Shown: piece after piece, positions 38,659 through 48,217 of the stretch
Position numbering within the stretch: position 1 is the first letter of the stretch
Layout: every line of letters starts with the position of its first letter
The notes under the pieces: generated by a model
Database searches by the model: none
The model's input: only the letters and a program-made list of their open reading frames with translations
What the model was told of the DNA's origin: nothing
Source of the DNA: Armatimonadota bacterium
GTDB taxonomy: Bacteria; Armatimonadota; SYMT01
Direction of reading: 5' to 3'
Length of the DNA: 64,000 nucleotides
Assembly: GCA_046292385.1 (NCBI GenBank)
Contig: JBKBRF010000005.1
Span: 1 to 64,000, forward strand
Translations under genes and position numbers: made by a program

Positions 38659-38765
38659 GACTGGCTATTTCTGCGGGGTCGAGACGCCTTCTGGAGGGGA
38701 GCCGATGGAACGGTCCTTATATACCCCGCCGGCGACCCCAACCCGCCACTCGCCAGAAAAACGCA

Positions 38766-38799
38766 GGCCGGCGGGGTGCTTCGGAGCACCCCGCCGGCC
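38766..38799 (-). terminator. intrinsic terminator
   Basis: Perfect 15-bp stem GGCCGGCGGGGTGCT/AGCACCCCGCCGGCC, followed on the minus strand by TGCGTTTTT. Confidence 0.7.
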
Positions 38800-38824
38800 A
38801 TGGCTGCGTGGATTGCCGCCCGAG

Positions 38825-39931
38825 TTACGGGTTCACGATCACGTCGACCGTCTGCACGATCTTCTTCTTGGCGCCCGCCACGTCCTGGACGGTAAGCGTC
38901 ACCACGTACGGCTGGAGGTCATACTGGCTGCCGCCCGGCACCGGCTCGCTCGGCTTGCGGAAGGTGTGGACCACCACCGGGCCGGTATCCTCTTCCTGGA
39001 TGCCGTCCGCCTTGTTGAAGTCCCACTGGTACTTCAGCGGAGATAGCCCGCCGTTGGCGGTGGCGTAGAACTCCACCGGCTCGTTCACCGAGACCTCGAG
39101 GTTCTCCAGCGGGTCGACGGTGATCGGCTCGTCGTCGACGATCGTCTTGATGTCGCCGATCCAGAAGGTGTCCTTATTGTCGCCGAAGACGCGGATCTCG
39201 CGGAGATTGGCCGTCTTCGCCTCGGGCAGACCCTTAAAGGCGACGAACGGCACTGCCACGGAGTACCAGCCGTCCTCGCCGGAGGGAACCAGCGGCTGCA
39301 CCGGGTAGTTGGTCGCCACGAAGCTCCCCTCGTCGCACACCAGGATGATCTTCATCTTCCGAGTATCCGGCGTGATGGAGCCGGACGAGTCCCCGAATCC
39401 ACCCGGACCACCGGGGTAGCCGCCCGGACCGCCGGGGTAGCCGCCCGGACCGCCCGGATAACCCGGGCCGCCGCTGCTGCCGCCGGAGCCACCACCCGGG
39501 TAGCCGGGGCCGCCGCTGCTGCCGCCGGAGCCGCCGCCCGGGCCGCCGGGATAGCCGCCGTAGGTGCCGCCACCCCGCTGGGGCTTGGGGCGACCCGGCT
39601 GGAACCGGACCGTCATCCCGAGATAGTTGTGCGGATCGTTCTTAGCAGCGGTGATATCCCGCGGCTGGTTATAGATCAGGCGGGCACCGGCGTAGTAGCC
39701 GTTCGTATCGACCTTAATGGAGGCCTCGCCGCCCGCGGTGCGGTAAGTGCGGTCTTCCGCCGCCGACCCGCTGCCCCACGCCGCGAGCCGCAGGCCAGAC
39801 GACTGGACCGGCGCGCCGGAGTAGAAGTCCAGCCCCAGCGGACCCTGCGCCGAGCCGGGCGCGGAGCAGACGACCAGGCCTGCCGCTCCGGCGAGCACGG
39901 CGCCCCAAATCGGTGCATGATTCCGTCGCAT
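38825..39931 (-). CDS. secreted protein with Gly-Pro-Tyr repeat insert and C-terminal PKD-like domain
   Basis: Signal peptide; (GGPGGYP)n tract; YQWDF...HTF..P...YVVTLTV PKD pattern. Confidence 0.8.
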   Translation of the reverse strand: MRRNHAPIWGAVLAGAAGLVVCSAPGSAQGPLGLDFYSGAPVQSSGLRLAAWGSGSAAEDRTYRTAGGEASIKVDTNGYYAGARLIYNQPRDITAAKNDPHNYLGMTVRFQPGRPKPQRGGGTYGGYPGGPGGGSGGSSGGPGYPGGGSGGSSGGPGYPGGPGGYPGGPGGYPGGPGGFGDSSGSITPDTRKMKIILVCDEGSFVATNYPVQPLVPSGEDGWYSVAVPFVAFKGLPEAKTANLREIRVFGDNKDTFWIGDIKTIVDDEPITVDPLENLEVSVNEPVEFYATANGGLSPLKYQWDFNKADGIQEEDTGPVVVHTFRKPSEPVPGGSQYDLQPYVVTLTVQDVAGAKKKIVQTVDVIVNP

Positions 39932-39989
39932 ATATCTCACCTCAAAAATGGGAACGGGAGCGTGCTCCCGACGAATAGATACGTCACCC

Positions 39990-40769
39990 TTACGCGGCGC
40001 GTTCCTGCACCCGTTTGAGCCAGACCGCCTTCCCGGTGGCGGGGTCCAGCTCGGCCAGGACCCCGCAGAGCACCGCCTCGCGGTCCGGCACCTCATAGCG
40101 CGCGGGCATTCGACTGAGAAATCGCTCGATTACGATCTCTTTCGAGACGCCGATCACGCTGTCCTCCGGGCCGGTCATGCCAATGTCGGTAATAAAGCCG
40201 GTACCGCCCGGGAGCACGCGCTCGTCGGCGGTCTGCACGTGGGTATGCGTCCCGAAGACCAGGCTCGCGCGCCCATCCGCGTAATGGGCGAGCGCCGCCT
40301 TCTCCGCGGTGCTCTCCGCGTGGAAGTCGACCACTACCAGGCGCGTCTCGGCGCTGGCAAATTCGTATGCGTCGTCGAAGGCGCGGAACGGGCACTCCAG
40401 GTGGTCCAGCCCGGCCAGGCCCATCAGGTTGATCACCGCGATCTCGCCGCCGGCCCAGGGGTAAAGGCCGAACCCGCGCCCGGGCGCGCCCTCCGGAAAG
40501 TTGGCGGGGCGCAGCAGCCGCGGCTCCTGATCGATGAACTGATAGATCGAGCGCTGCTTCCAGATATGGTTGCCGCTGGTCAGGCAGTTGGCGCCCTGGT
40601 CCAGCAGCTCAACGGCGATCTCCGGGGTCACTCCGAATCCGGCGGCCGCGTTCTCGCAGTTCACCACCACGAAGTCGGCGCGGTGCGCCCGCGCCAGGTC
40701 CCGGCCAAGCTGCGCGAACGCCCGCCGCCCCGGCTTACCGACGATGTCTCCGATTGCGAGGACTCGCAC
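39990..40769 (-). CDS. ymdB: YmdB-like metallophosphoesterase (TIGR00282 family)
   Basis: IGDIVGKPG, NCENAAAG, TSGNH, DFHAE.TAEK, GTHTHVQTAD. Confidence 0.94.
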   Translation of the reverse strand: MRVLAIGDIVGKPGRRAFAQLGRDLARAHRADFVVVNCENAAAGFGVTPEIAVELLDQGANCLTSGNHIWKQRSIYQFIDQEPRLLRPANFPEGAPGRGFGLYPWAGGEIAVINLMGLAGLDHLECPFRAFDDAYEFASAETRLVVVDFHAESTAEKAALAHYADGRASLVFGTHTHVQTADERVLPGGTGFITDIGMTGPEDSVIGVSKEIVIERFLSRMPARYEVPDREAVLCGVLAELDPATGKAVWLKRVQERAA

Positions 40770-40826
40770 TCACGAACCACACTTTCCTATTGGACGCATT
40801 CGCGCGTCCCGTTGTTTCGCCAGAGC

Positions 40827-42920
40827 CTAGCGGCCCGCCGGAGCCGCTTCGCCGGCAACCGCGGGCATCGCCGGGCCGCCCCGGTAGCGCTGCAGCGGCC
40901 ACTGCAGGCGCGCTTCCAGGTCCTTCTCCAGAGCCTCGATTTGCCGGCTGATCTGGTTCAAGCGGCCGACGTCGTTTGCGCGAGCCGCATCGACCCGCGC
41001 CCGCTCCAGCAGGCGGATGCGCAGTGAGGTGTCGGTCGCCAGCGTGAGCAACTCGGCGCGGACCTTCTCGGCGTCGCCGGGCGACTTCAGGTCGAGCTCG
41101 TAGATCCCCACCATGCTGATGAGCGCCGCCTCACGCCAGGCCGTGTCGGAGTACTTCTCCGCCACCTTGCGGAGCTCATCGACTGCTTGCCGCGGCAGGC
41201 CCCGACGATGCAGCTCCGCCGCCGCGGAGAAGTCCTCTTCCGCCCGCCGCAGCCGCTCGCCGCGAGGACAGAGCTGTACGCCGTAGGTCGGCTCCGCGCC
41301 CAGCGTCACCAGGGCCACGCTGTTCGGCGGCAGCGCCAGCTCGATCACCGCCTCTCCGCCGCGAATCTCGTGCGCGAAGTTCTCCACGTTCGGCTCCAGC
41401 GGCCGCATGCCGAGCAGAGAGGCCGCCAGCTCGTCCGGCGCGGGGAACGGGCTACCGGCCGCGGTCCAGACCGCGTGCGGATCATAGGTTCCCGCGTCGA
41501 TCCGGTAGATCCGCATCGGCAGGCGCAGCAGCTCCGTGGGCAGGCCGGAAACCCGGAGGCGCACCGCGCGAGCGCTCCCCTCTCCGGGCGCTGCCGAGGG
41601 CTCGTGGCGGTAGAGCAGCACCTGGGTAGCATTCCGCAGCGCCTTCACGCCGGAGCGGGTCGCCACCACCCCAATGCCGTCCGGTCCGGTCGCTTCCAGC
41701 CGCTCGCTCGCCATCTTCGCCAGGAGCATGTAGAGCCGGAACGCGGGGAGCGGCACGGAGCTGCGGCCGAGCCGGGTGATCAGCGCGTGCCCGCCGTCGA
41801 AGTGGTCGTCCGCCAGGTCGCCTTCGCGGAAGATCGCGTCGACTCCGCTCTCCGAGCGCGCGTTGGCGTCGAAGAGCGCCGCGAGCCGGGCCGCCTCGTA
41901 GGGGCTGTTGCTGTGCGGAGCTTCTCCGGGGCCCGCGCCCCATTCGGAGAGGTGGAGCTCCGCGTCCTTCAGCTCTGGAAAGCCCTTTACCAGGGCGCGG
42001 AGCTCCGCGTTCCGCTTCGCGACCTCCGGGCCGGTGCCGTAGGCGGACCAGCTCACGAAGTCGAGCCGGGAGCCCGGCTTGCCGGTGACGTGGTTGGCGC
42101 CCCGGGCGCAGTGCTCCAGGAAGCGCCGGAAGAAGCTGGTGTCGCCCGCCAGTCCCGGCCCGCCGACGCGCAGCTTCGAGTCGACGCCCAGTACGCCGGC
42201 GGCGAAGTGGTCGTACAGCTTCAGGAACGGCTGCACCGCCGACGCGGAGACCTCACCTTCCCACGGCACGGGCCGGGCGCCGTCCCAGGAGCCGGCGTGG
42301 TCCGGATGGCTCCACGCCTCGAAGTACCAGCTGCGGACCTCCTTCGCGCCGTAGGTCTTCACCAGCCGGCGGACCATCTGCGCGATCATGTCCTGGTACT
42401 GCGCGTAGTCACGCGGGGGATTCACGGCGGCGCCGGTCTCGTTCCGCTGCGGCGCTCCCTCGATCAGCGCGTCCGGCAGCCCGCCGCAAACGATGACCGG
42501 CTTCACGCCGGCCAGCACCAGCGAATCGAGCACGCGCTCCAGCCCGTCCCAGCGGTACTCCACCGTGCCGTCCGCCGCCCGTCTCGCCACGCGGGCGCCG
42601 CTGAACCAGTGGGGACGGTCCTTCGGAACCCCGTCGCCGAGCCAGTTGTAGCAGCGCACGTAGGAGAGCGCGTTCGTGGCGCGGACCCAGGTGAGCGCGC
42701 CGTCCACCACCGAAGAGGAGAGCTGGCCGTAGGAAGAGCCGAACGCGGCGTTCGTCACGCGCTGCGTCACGAAGCGCCCGCTCGTGCGGTCGGTGCGGAC
42801 CACTACCTCGGCTTCCTCCGCGGACCGTGCCGGGGTCGCCCCCGCCGCGGCCAGGCAGAGCGCCGCCAGTGCCAGCCCTCGCGCGATCCACCCTCTCCCG
42901 TCTTTGATCCCAGCTACCAT
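40827..42920 (-). CDS. GH39-like secreted protein with C-terminal TPR-like helices
   Basis: YVRCYN, YRWDGLERVLD, PRDYAQY, EVRSWYFEAW, LRVGGPG, LDFVSW, LSEW; helical C-terminal region. Confidence 0.82.
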   Translation of the reverse strand: MVAGIKDGRGWIARGLALAALCLAAAGATPARSAEEAEVVVRTDRTSGRFVTQRVTNAAFGSSYGQLSSSVVDGALTWVRATNALSYVRCYNWLGDGVPKDRPHWFSGARVARRAADGTVEYRWDGLERVLDSLVLAGVKPVIVCGGLPDALIEGAPQRNETGAAVNPPRDYAQYQDMIAQMVRRLVKTYGAKEVRSWYFEAWSHPDHAGSWDGARPVPWEGEVSASAVQPFLKLYDHFAAGVLGVDSKLRVGGPGLAGDTSFFRRFLEHCARGANHVTGKPGSRLDFVSWSAYGTGPEVAKRNAELRALVKGFPELKDAELHLSEWGAGPGEAPHSNSPYEAARLAALFDANARSESGVDAIFREGDLADDHFDGGHALITRLGRSSVPLPAFRLYMLLAKMASERLEATGPDGIGVVATRSGVKALRNATQVLLYRHEPSAAPGEGSARAVRLRVSGLPTELLRLPMRIYRIDAGTYDPHAVWTAAGSPFPAPDELAASLLGMRPLEPNVENFAHEIRGGEAVIELALPPNSVALVTLGAEPTYGVQLCPRGERLRRAEEDFSAAAELHRRGLPRQAVDELRKVAEKYSDTAWREAALISMVGIYELDLKSPGDAEKVRAELLTLATDTSLRIRLLERARVDAARANDVGRLNQISRQIEALEKDLEARLQWPLQRYRGGPAMPAVAGEAAPAGR

Positions 42921-43612
42921 CCGCTACTCCAACTTCTCGAGCGCTTCAGACGATCCCGCGAGATCTCTGGCCCGCCTTGCCCCAGAGGCGCTCTGCCGAA
43001 GGGACCCATTTCCGCCCAATCCCGCACGAACCGGCACTGCACTTCCCGCTCGGGAGCTTTCCGGCTTCCCCGCACGCGGTCCAGCGTCCGCAGCTCGGCG
43101 AGCTTCCCGAACACATCTTGTGCCGAGGCCACCCCTCGCGTCAGCAGCCAGCAGGCGGCGAAGGTGCCGGTGCGCCCCACGCCGCCGAGACAGTGCACGT
43201 AGACGCGGCCGCGGGCGAGCGCGGTCTCCGTGAACCGGATGCACTCGGCCATCAACTCCATCGTCGGCACGTTCAGGTCTTCGATTGGAAACCGCCGGCA
43301 GGTGACCTGCAGGCCGCGCTCCCGCGCGAGCGCGGCGACCGTCTCCTCGTACGGACGCAGGAGCTGCCCGCGGTGCTCCTCCCCTGCCTCCGTGAGGTCC
43401 ACGAACGTCCGTACTCCACAGTCGAGGAGGCGGCCTACCTTTCGCCGCTCCTTGGCCGCCTCCAGAGCTCCCGGATAGCAGCCGCCCAGGACCCTACCCG
43501 GCTCGATCCAGTATGACCGGGCAGGTGGCTCGACCTCCCGCCCGCTCTCCGGGAGGGATTCGGTCGCCAGGCCGACGAAGCACCCGCGCAGGCGGTCCAG
43601 TCCTCGGTCCAT
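42914..43612 (-). CDS. protein-tyrosine/dual-specificity phosphatase
   Basis: SYWIEPGRVLGGCYPG, FVDLTE, FPIED, HCLGGVGRTG CX5R motif. Confidence 0.88.
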   Translation of the reverse strand: MDRGLDRLRGCFVGLATESLPESGREVEPPARSYWIEPGRVLGGCYPGALEAAKERRKVGRLLDCGVRTFVDLTEAGEEHRGQLLRPYEETVAALARERGLQVTCRRFPIEDLNVPTMELMAECIRFTETALARGRVYVHCLGGVGRTGTFAACWLLTRGVASAQDVFGKLAELRTLDRVRGSRKAPEREVQCRFVRDWAEMGPFGRAPLGQGGPEISRDRLKRSRSWSSGW

Positions 43613-43641
43613 CGCTTCTTCTCCTCCGCGGCAGGGGCCGC

Positions 43642-44595
43642 TCAGTAACCGGCGGCGGGATCGACCTGGTTCCGGAGCGGCTCGCCCGCCACGTAGCGCC
43701 GGAGGTTCTCGAGGAAGATCTCCGCGGCACGGGCCTCGTACTCCGGCTGGCGACCCGCGTAGTGCGGCGTGACGTAGACGTTCTCCATCGTCCAGAGCGG
43801 ATGGTCCGCCGGCAGCGGCTCCGGGTCGGTCACGTCGAGCAGGGCGGCGGAGACGCGCCCTTCCCGCAGCGCGGCGACTAGCGCCTCCGTATCGATCGTC
43901 CCGCCCCGGCCGGCGTTGCCGACGATGGCGCCCGGTTTCAGCGCGGCAAATTCGCCCCAGCCGAGGAAGCCGCGGGTGGAGTCCGAGATCGGGAGCAAGT
44001 TGAACAGGACGTCGCACTCCGAGAGGAACGCCGCGCGCTCGGCCGGCGCGTAGATCCGCTCCGCCAGCGGGTGGGGCTCGCCGCTCCGCCGCAGGCCGAT
44101 CACGCGCATGCCGAACGCGGCGCCGACCCGCGCGCACTGCGCCCCGATGGCGCCCATCCCGAGGATGCCGAGCGTCTTCCCCCGCAGCTCGCCCAGCTCC
44201 CCGTTCGGCCCCTCCCACCAGTGGGAGCGGCGCTGGTGGTCCCACGCCTGCGGCAGCCGCCGGAGGTGCCCCAGGAGCATCCCGAAGAGGTGCTCCGCGA
44301 TCGGGTCGGCGTGAATGCCGCTGGCGTTAGTGAGCAGAATGCCGCGCTCCCGCACCGTGGGAGTCAGGAAGCTCTCCACCCCCGCCCCCTGCGTCTGGAT
44401 CCAGCGGAGCGCGGTCGCCTCCGGGTGACGCTCCGGCGGGAGCCCGCCGAATGCCACCTCGACGGCAGCCAGCAGCTCCGGACGCTCGCGCGCTTCCTCC
44501 GCGGTGACCAGCTCGATCCGGTCCGAGACGGAGCGGACGCGGGTGTGAAAACCGGGATCAGACGACCCCACCAGGACTCGGATCGGCGACGGCAT
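43642..44595 (-). CDS. D-2-hydroxyacid dehydrogenase
   Basis: GILGMGAIG, NAGRG, LDVTDPEPLP, TPHYAG. Confidence 0.94.
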   Translation of the reverse strand: MPSPIRVLVGSSDPGFHTRVRSVSDRIELVTAEEARERPELLAAVEVAFGGLPPERHPEATALRWIQTQGAGVESFLTPTVRERGILLTNASGIHADPIAEHLFGMLLGHLRRLPQAWDHQRRSHWWEGPNGELGELRGKTLGILGMGAIGAQCARVGAAFGMRVIGLRRSGEPHPLAERIYAPAERAAFLSECDVLFNLLPISDSTRGFLGWGEFAALKPGAIVGNAGRGGTIDTEALVAALREGRVSAALLDVTDPEPLPADHPLWTMENVYVTPHYAGRQPEYEARAAEIFLENLRRYVAGEPLRNQVDPAAGY

Positions 44596-44878
44596 GGGGG
44601 AGGCAGCGCTCGCAGGGAGACGGGCGCCGCGACAAGCCGGGACGCCCGGCGACAGTTCGCCGGGTGTAGGCGCGATCCATTCCTGCGCGCTGCGGGAACC
44701 GGTGTAAAGAAGGAGATATGGGGATGACTTGGGGATGAGGAGATGAAGAGCCTTCCGGGTTTAGCTGCTACGCCTTCTCGTGCTCATTCCCAAAGACCAG
44801 CCGGTCCGGAGCCGCCTCTCGACGAGCAAGAGCATCCCCGGGCTGGAAGTTCGGGTTTCATCCCTCGTCCCTCAGCCT

Positions 44879-46486
44879 TCATCCCTTCCTGGGTCCCGCC
44901 TCCAGGATTTCGCGATCGATCTCCCCGGCGTAGCGCTCGTTCACCCGCTGGTGGAAGGCGGCGATCAGCTCCCGGGCGGCCTCCTGGTAGGTGCGGCCGC
45001 CGTCGCTCCAGCTCTCGGCCGGGTTCAGCAGCTCCCTCGGCACGCTGCCGCACTGCTGGGGGACGCGGAACCCGTACTCCGGGTGCTCGCGCAGCTCGAC
45101 CTCGCGCAGGGCGCCGGTCTGCGCGAGCCGGAGCAGCTCCCGGGTGGCATCCAGCGGCGGGCGGCGGCCGCCCTCGCCGTAGGGGCCGCCGATCGAGCCG
45201 GTGTTCATCAGGACCACGGTCGGCTGGTGGCGGCGCAGGTAGTCGCGGAACAGCTCCACGTACTTCCGCGGGTGCCACGGCAGGAACGGCGCCCCGAAGC
45301 AGGCGCTGAAGGTCGGCTCCGGCCGGCTTCCCAGGCCTCGCTCGGTGCCGGCGACCTTGGCGGTGTAGCCGGCCAGGAACCAGTAGAGTGCCTGGCACTC
45401 ATCCAGCACGGAGACCGGGGGCAGCGTGCCGCTGGCGTCGAAGGTGAGGAAGACGACCGTATTCGGATGCCCTCCGAAGCCGTCCTCGTCGACGTTCGGC
45501 AGTACGTCCAGCGGATAGACGCCGCGCGTGTTCTCGATGGTGCCGTCTTCGAAGTCGGGATGGCCGTTGGTGAGCGTTACGTTCTCCATGATCGAGCCGG
45601 GCCGGTTCACGGCGTTCCAGATCAGCGGCTCGCCGCTGCGGGAGAGGCGGATCAGCTTGGCGTAGCAGCCTCCCTCGAAGTTGAAGACCCCCTCCGGCCC
45701 CCAGCCGTGCTCGTCGTCGCCCAGCAGGCTCCGGTCCGGGTCCGCGGAGAGCGTGGTCTTGCCCGTGCCGCTCAGGCCGAAGATGACGCTCACGTCCCCC
45801 TGGCGCCCGATGTTCGCGGAGCAGTGCATCGGGAAGACGCCCTCCAGCGGCATCAGGTAGTTCATCAGGTAGAAGAAGAACTTCTTCTCCTCGCCGCCGT
45901 AGAAGGTGCCGCCGATGACGCCGAGCTTCCGCTCCAGGTCGCAGAGCACCACCGTGTCGCTGGCGGTGCCGTCGGTCTGCGGATCGGCCCGGAACGACGG
46001 CGTGTAGAGGAGCGTGAACTCCGGCTGCAGCGCGGCCAGCTCCGCTTCCGTGGGGCGGACATACATATGCCGGCCCATCAGGGCATGCCAGGCGTACTCC
46101 GTCACCAGCGCCACCGGCACCCGGTGCGAGCCGCGGCCGATGAATCCCTGGAAGCCGTAGAGCGTGGGGAGCCGCAGCGCGGAGGCGACCGCGCGCGCCG
46201 TCATCCGCTCCGCCGGCTCCGGCTCCAGCGGCAGGTTGAAGCGGCTGCTCCAGTCGACGTGGGCGGCGCTCGGCTCCCGGCGGACGGTGAACTTATCCTG
46301 CGGGGAGCGGCCGGTGAACTTCCCCGTGCGGACCACCAGCGCGCCGTCCGGAGTGAGCTCCCCTTCCCCGCGCCGCACCGCTTCCCGGACCAACTCGTCC
46401 ACCGGCAGGTTCCAGCGCACTCGCGAGCGGAAGGTGTCGAACATCGAGGCGCCGGTATAGGGGGACGGGGAGATCGTTGAGCTCAT
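44879..46486 (-). CDS. pckA: phosphoenolpyruvate carboxykinase (ATP)
   Basis: TGRSPQDK, MHCSAN, GLSGTGKTTLS, GDDEHGW, FEGGCYAK, ENTR, FSACFGAPF. Confidence 0.96.
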   Translation of the reverse strand: MSSTISPSPYTGASMFDTFRSRVRWNLPVDELVREAVRRGEGELTPDGALVVRTGKFTGRSPQDKFTVRREPSAAHVDWSSRFNLPLEPEPAERMTARAVASALRLPTLYGFQGFIGRGSHRVPVALVTEYAWHALMGRHMYVRPTEAELAALQPEFTLLYTPSFRADPQTDGTASDTVVLCDLERKLGVIGGTFYGGEEKKFFFYLMNYLMPLEGVFPMHCSANIGRQGDVSVIFGLSGTGKTTLSADPDRSLLGDDEHGWGPEGVFNFEGGCYAKLIRLSRSGEPLIWNAVNRPGSIMENVTLTNGHPDFEDGTIENTRGVYPLDVLPNVDEDGFGGHPNTVVFLTFDASGTLPPVSVLDECQALYWFLAGYTAKVAGTERGLGSRPEPTFSACFGAPFLPWHPRKYVELFRDYLRRHQPTVVLMNTGSIGGPYGEGGRRPPLDATRELLRLAQTGALREVELREHPEYGFRVPQQCGSVPRELLNPAESWSDGGRTYQEAARELIAAFHQRVNERYAGEIDREILEAGPRKG

Positions 46487-46668
46487 GAATTCCTGCCGGG
46501 GTTCTGCGGCCGCGCCGCGCGAGCCGTTCGTTTCCGGAGCCGGCGCCGACATAAGGGCGTCAAGGTCGTGTTACCGTGGCTATATAGCCAGAAAGCGCGG
46601 AACGATAACGGCGCGCCGCCGGCCGGAAGATCCAGCACGCCCGTTTCAAGCTGACGCAGCTCGCCGCC

Positions 46669-47307
46669 ATGCACCCCATTTCCCACTCAATCTCCACGCC
46701 GGACTCTCCGGAGAGGCAGTTCTGGAGCTGGTTCGAAGCGCACGCGGAGGAGCTGGCGGAAGCCGACCAGGGCACGCCGGCCCTGGCGGAGCTGCGGCAC
46801 CGGCTGCGGCGGGTTGACGCCGGTCTGACGTACGAGCTGGGGGTCGGCATCTCCCCCTGCGAGCTGGTGATCAGCGCGGACGGCATCGCCGGCACCTTCC
46901 CGGCGGTGCTGCGGCTCGTGGCCGCCGCCCCGGAGCTGCGGAACTGGCGCATCATCGCCTTCCGGCAACGAAGCGCCGTCGTCCCCTCCATCCGCTTCGG
47001 CGACCTCGACCTCGATACGGACGGAATCTGGTTCCTGGCCGTCCCCGAAGCTCCGCGAGACAATGAGGAGGAGCGGGTCTCGCTCACGCTCTGCGTGCGC
47101 GGACTGACCCCGGAGAACGAGACCTCGATTGCCGGCGCTACTTTTATCCTGCTCGACCATGCCCTGGGAGAGTACGACGTGGTGACTCGCATCGGGCAGA
47201 TCTCCTGGGAGCCGCTCCCCCCGGACCCCGGCAGCCTCGGCCTGCAGCCGTTCCGCGACCTGCCCCAGGCCATCGACGCCTTCTTCAAGGAGATGCCGCG
47301 CGCGTAG
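46669..47307 (+). CDS. hypothetical protein
   Basis: FWSWF, ELVISADG, WRIIAFR, FILLDHALGEYD; resembles a conserved uncharacterised family. Confidence 0.8.
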   Translation: MHPISHSISTPDSPERQFWSWFEAHAEELAEADQGTPALAELRHRLRRVDAGLTYELGVGISPCELVISADGIAGTFPAVLRLVAAAPELRNWRIIAFRQRSAVVPSIRFGDLDLDTDGIWFLAVPEAPRDNEEERVSLTLCVRGLTPENETSIAGATFILLDHALGEYDVVTRIGQISWEPLPPDPGSLGLQPFRDLPQAIDAFFKEMPRA

Positions 47308-47341
47308 CCCGTGTGCGCCCCGGCGTCTCCCTCAACTCGCC

Positions 47342-47959
47342 ATGACCGAACCAGCACCCGCCCCCGGCACGCCCGGCACCCTGATCCTCGCCTCCGCCTC
47401 CCCCCGCCGCCAGGAGCTCATCCGGCTCCTGCGCATCCCCTTCGAGGTGCTTCCGTCCGCCTACGAGGAACACCTTCCGGAGCGACACCCCAGTCCTGGC
47501 GCCCTGGCGGAGCACCTCGCCGCCGCCAAGGCGATCGACGTGGCGCGGCGGCACCGGCAGACGTGGGTCCTGGGCGCGGACACGGTCGTCGCGCTGGGCG
47601 ACCGGATCTACGGCAAACCGGCCGACGAAGTGGACGGCGCGCGGATGCTGCGCGAGCTTTCCGGCCGGACCCACCAGGTGATGACCGGCGTGGCGCTGGT
47701 CCGGCTCGACGAGCGAGACCCGGTGACGCGCACCTTCCACGCCGTCACGGACGTGACGTTCCGGGAGCTCGCCGAAGAGGAGATCGCCGCCTACCTCCGC
47801 ACCGGCGAGCCCTCCGACAAGGCGGGAGCCTACGCGATCCAGGGCTACGGCGGGCTCCTGATCCGCGAGATCCGGGGCGACTACCCCAACGTCGTCGGAC
47901 TGCCGCTCACCCCCCTGGCGCTGCTGCTGAGAGAGCTCGGGTGGAGCATTCTGGAGTAG
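47342..47959 (+). CDS. maf: Maf family nucleoside triphosphate pyrophosphatase
   Basis: LILASASPRRQEL, GADTVV, GKP, DKAGAYAIQG, NVVGLP. Confidence 0.96.
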   Translation: MTEPAPAPGTPGTLILASASPRRQELIRLLRIPFEVLPSAYEEHLPERHPSPGALAEHLAAAKAIDVARRHRQTWVLGADTVVALGDRIYGKPADEVDGARMLRELSGRTHQVMTGVALVRLDERDPVTRTFHAVTDVTFRELAEEEIAAYLRTGEPSDKAGAYAIQGYGGLLIREIRGDYPNVVGLPLTPLALLLRELGWSILE

Positions 47960-48217
47960 GGGTCGCCAGGGCCGGGTGAGGCCGCGTTAGGGGCAGCAAA
48001 CACCGAGGTTTATACCTCTCAGGTGCTCGTAGCGGCATCCGCAACCCTGCGTAAGTACAGCCGGCTTCAGCCGGTTTGCGAGAGAGACAGGGTGCTCCGT
48101 CAGGGGCACCCGTCGCGAGAAGGCACCCGATTCTCGGCAGGCAACCACCCCCCGTAGGGCGAAACCCATGCCGAATCGTCTCCGGCGCCTCGTGCCGGGA
48201 TCTGGGAGAGTATCAAC

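Noticed and set aside
47990..48200. c-di-GMP riboswitch upstream of the Gfo/Idh/MocA gene
   Set aside because: Only isolated REP-like palindromes (48005-48018, 48059-48077); the GEMM two-hairpin consensus is not met
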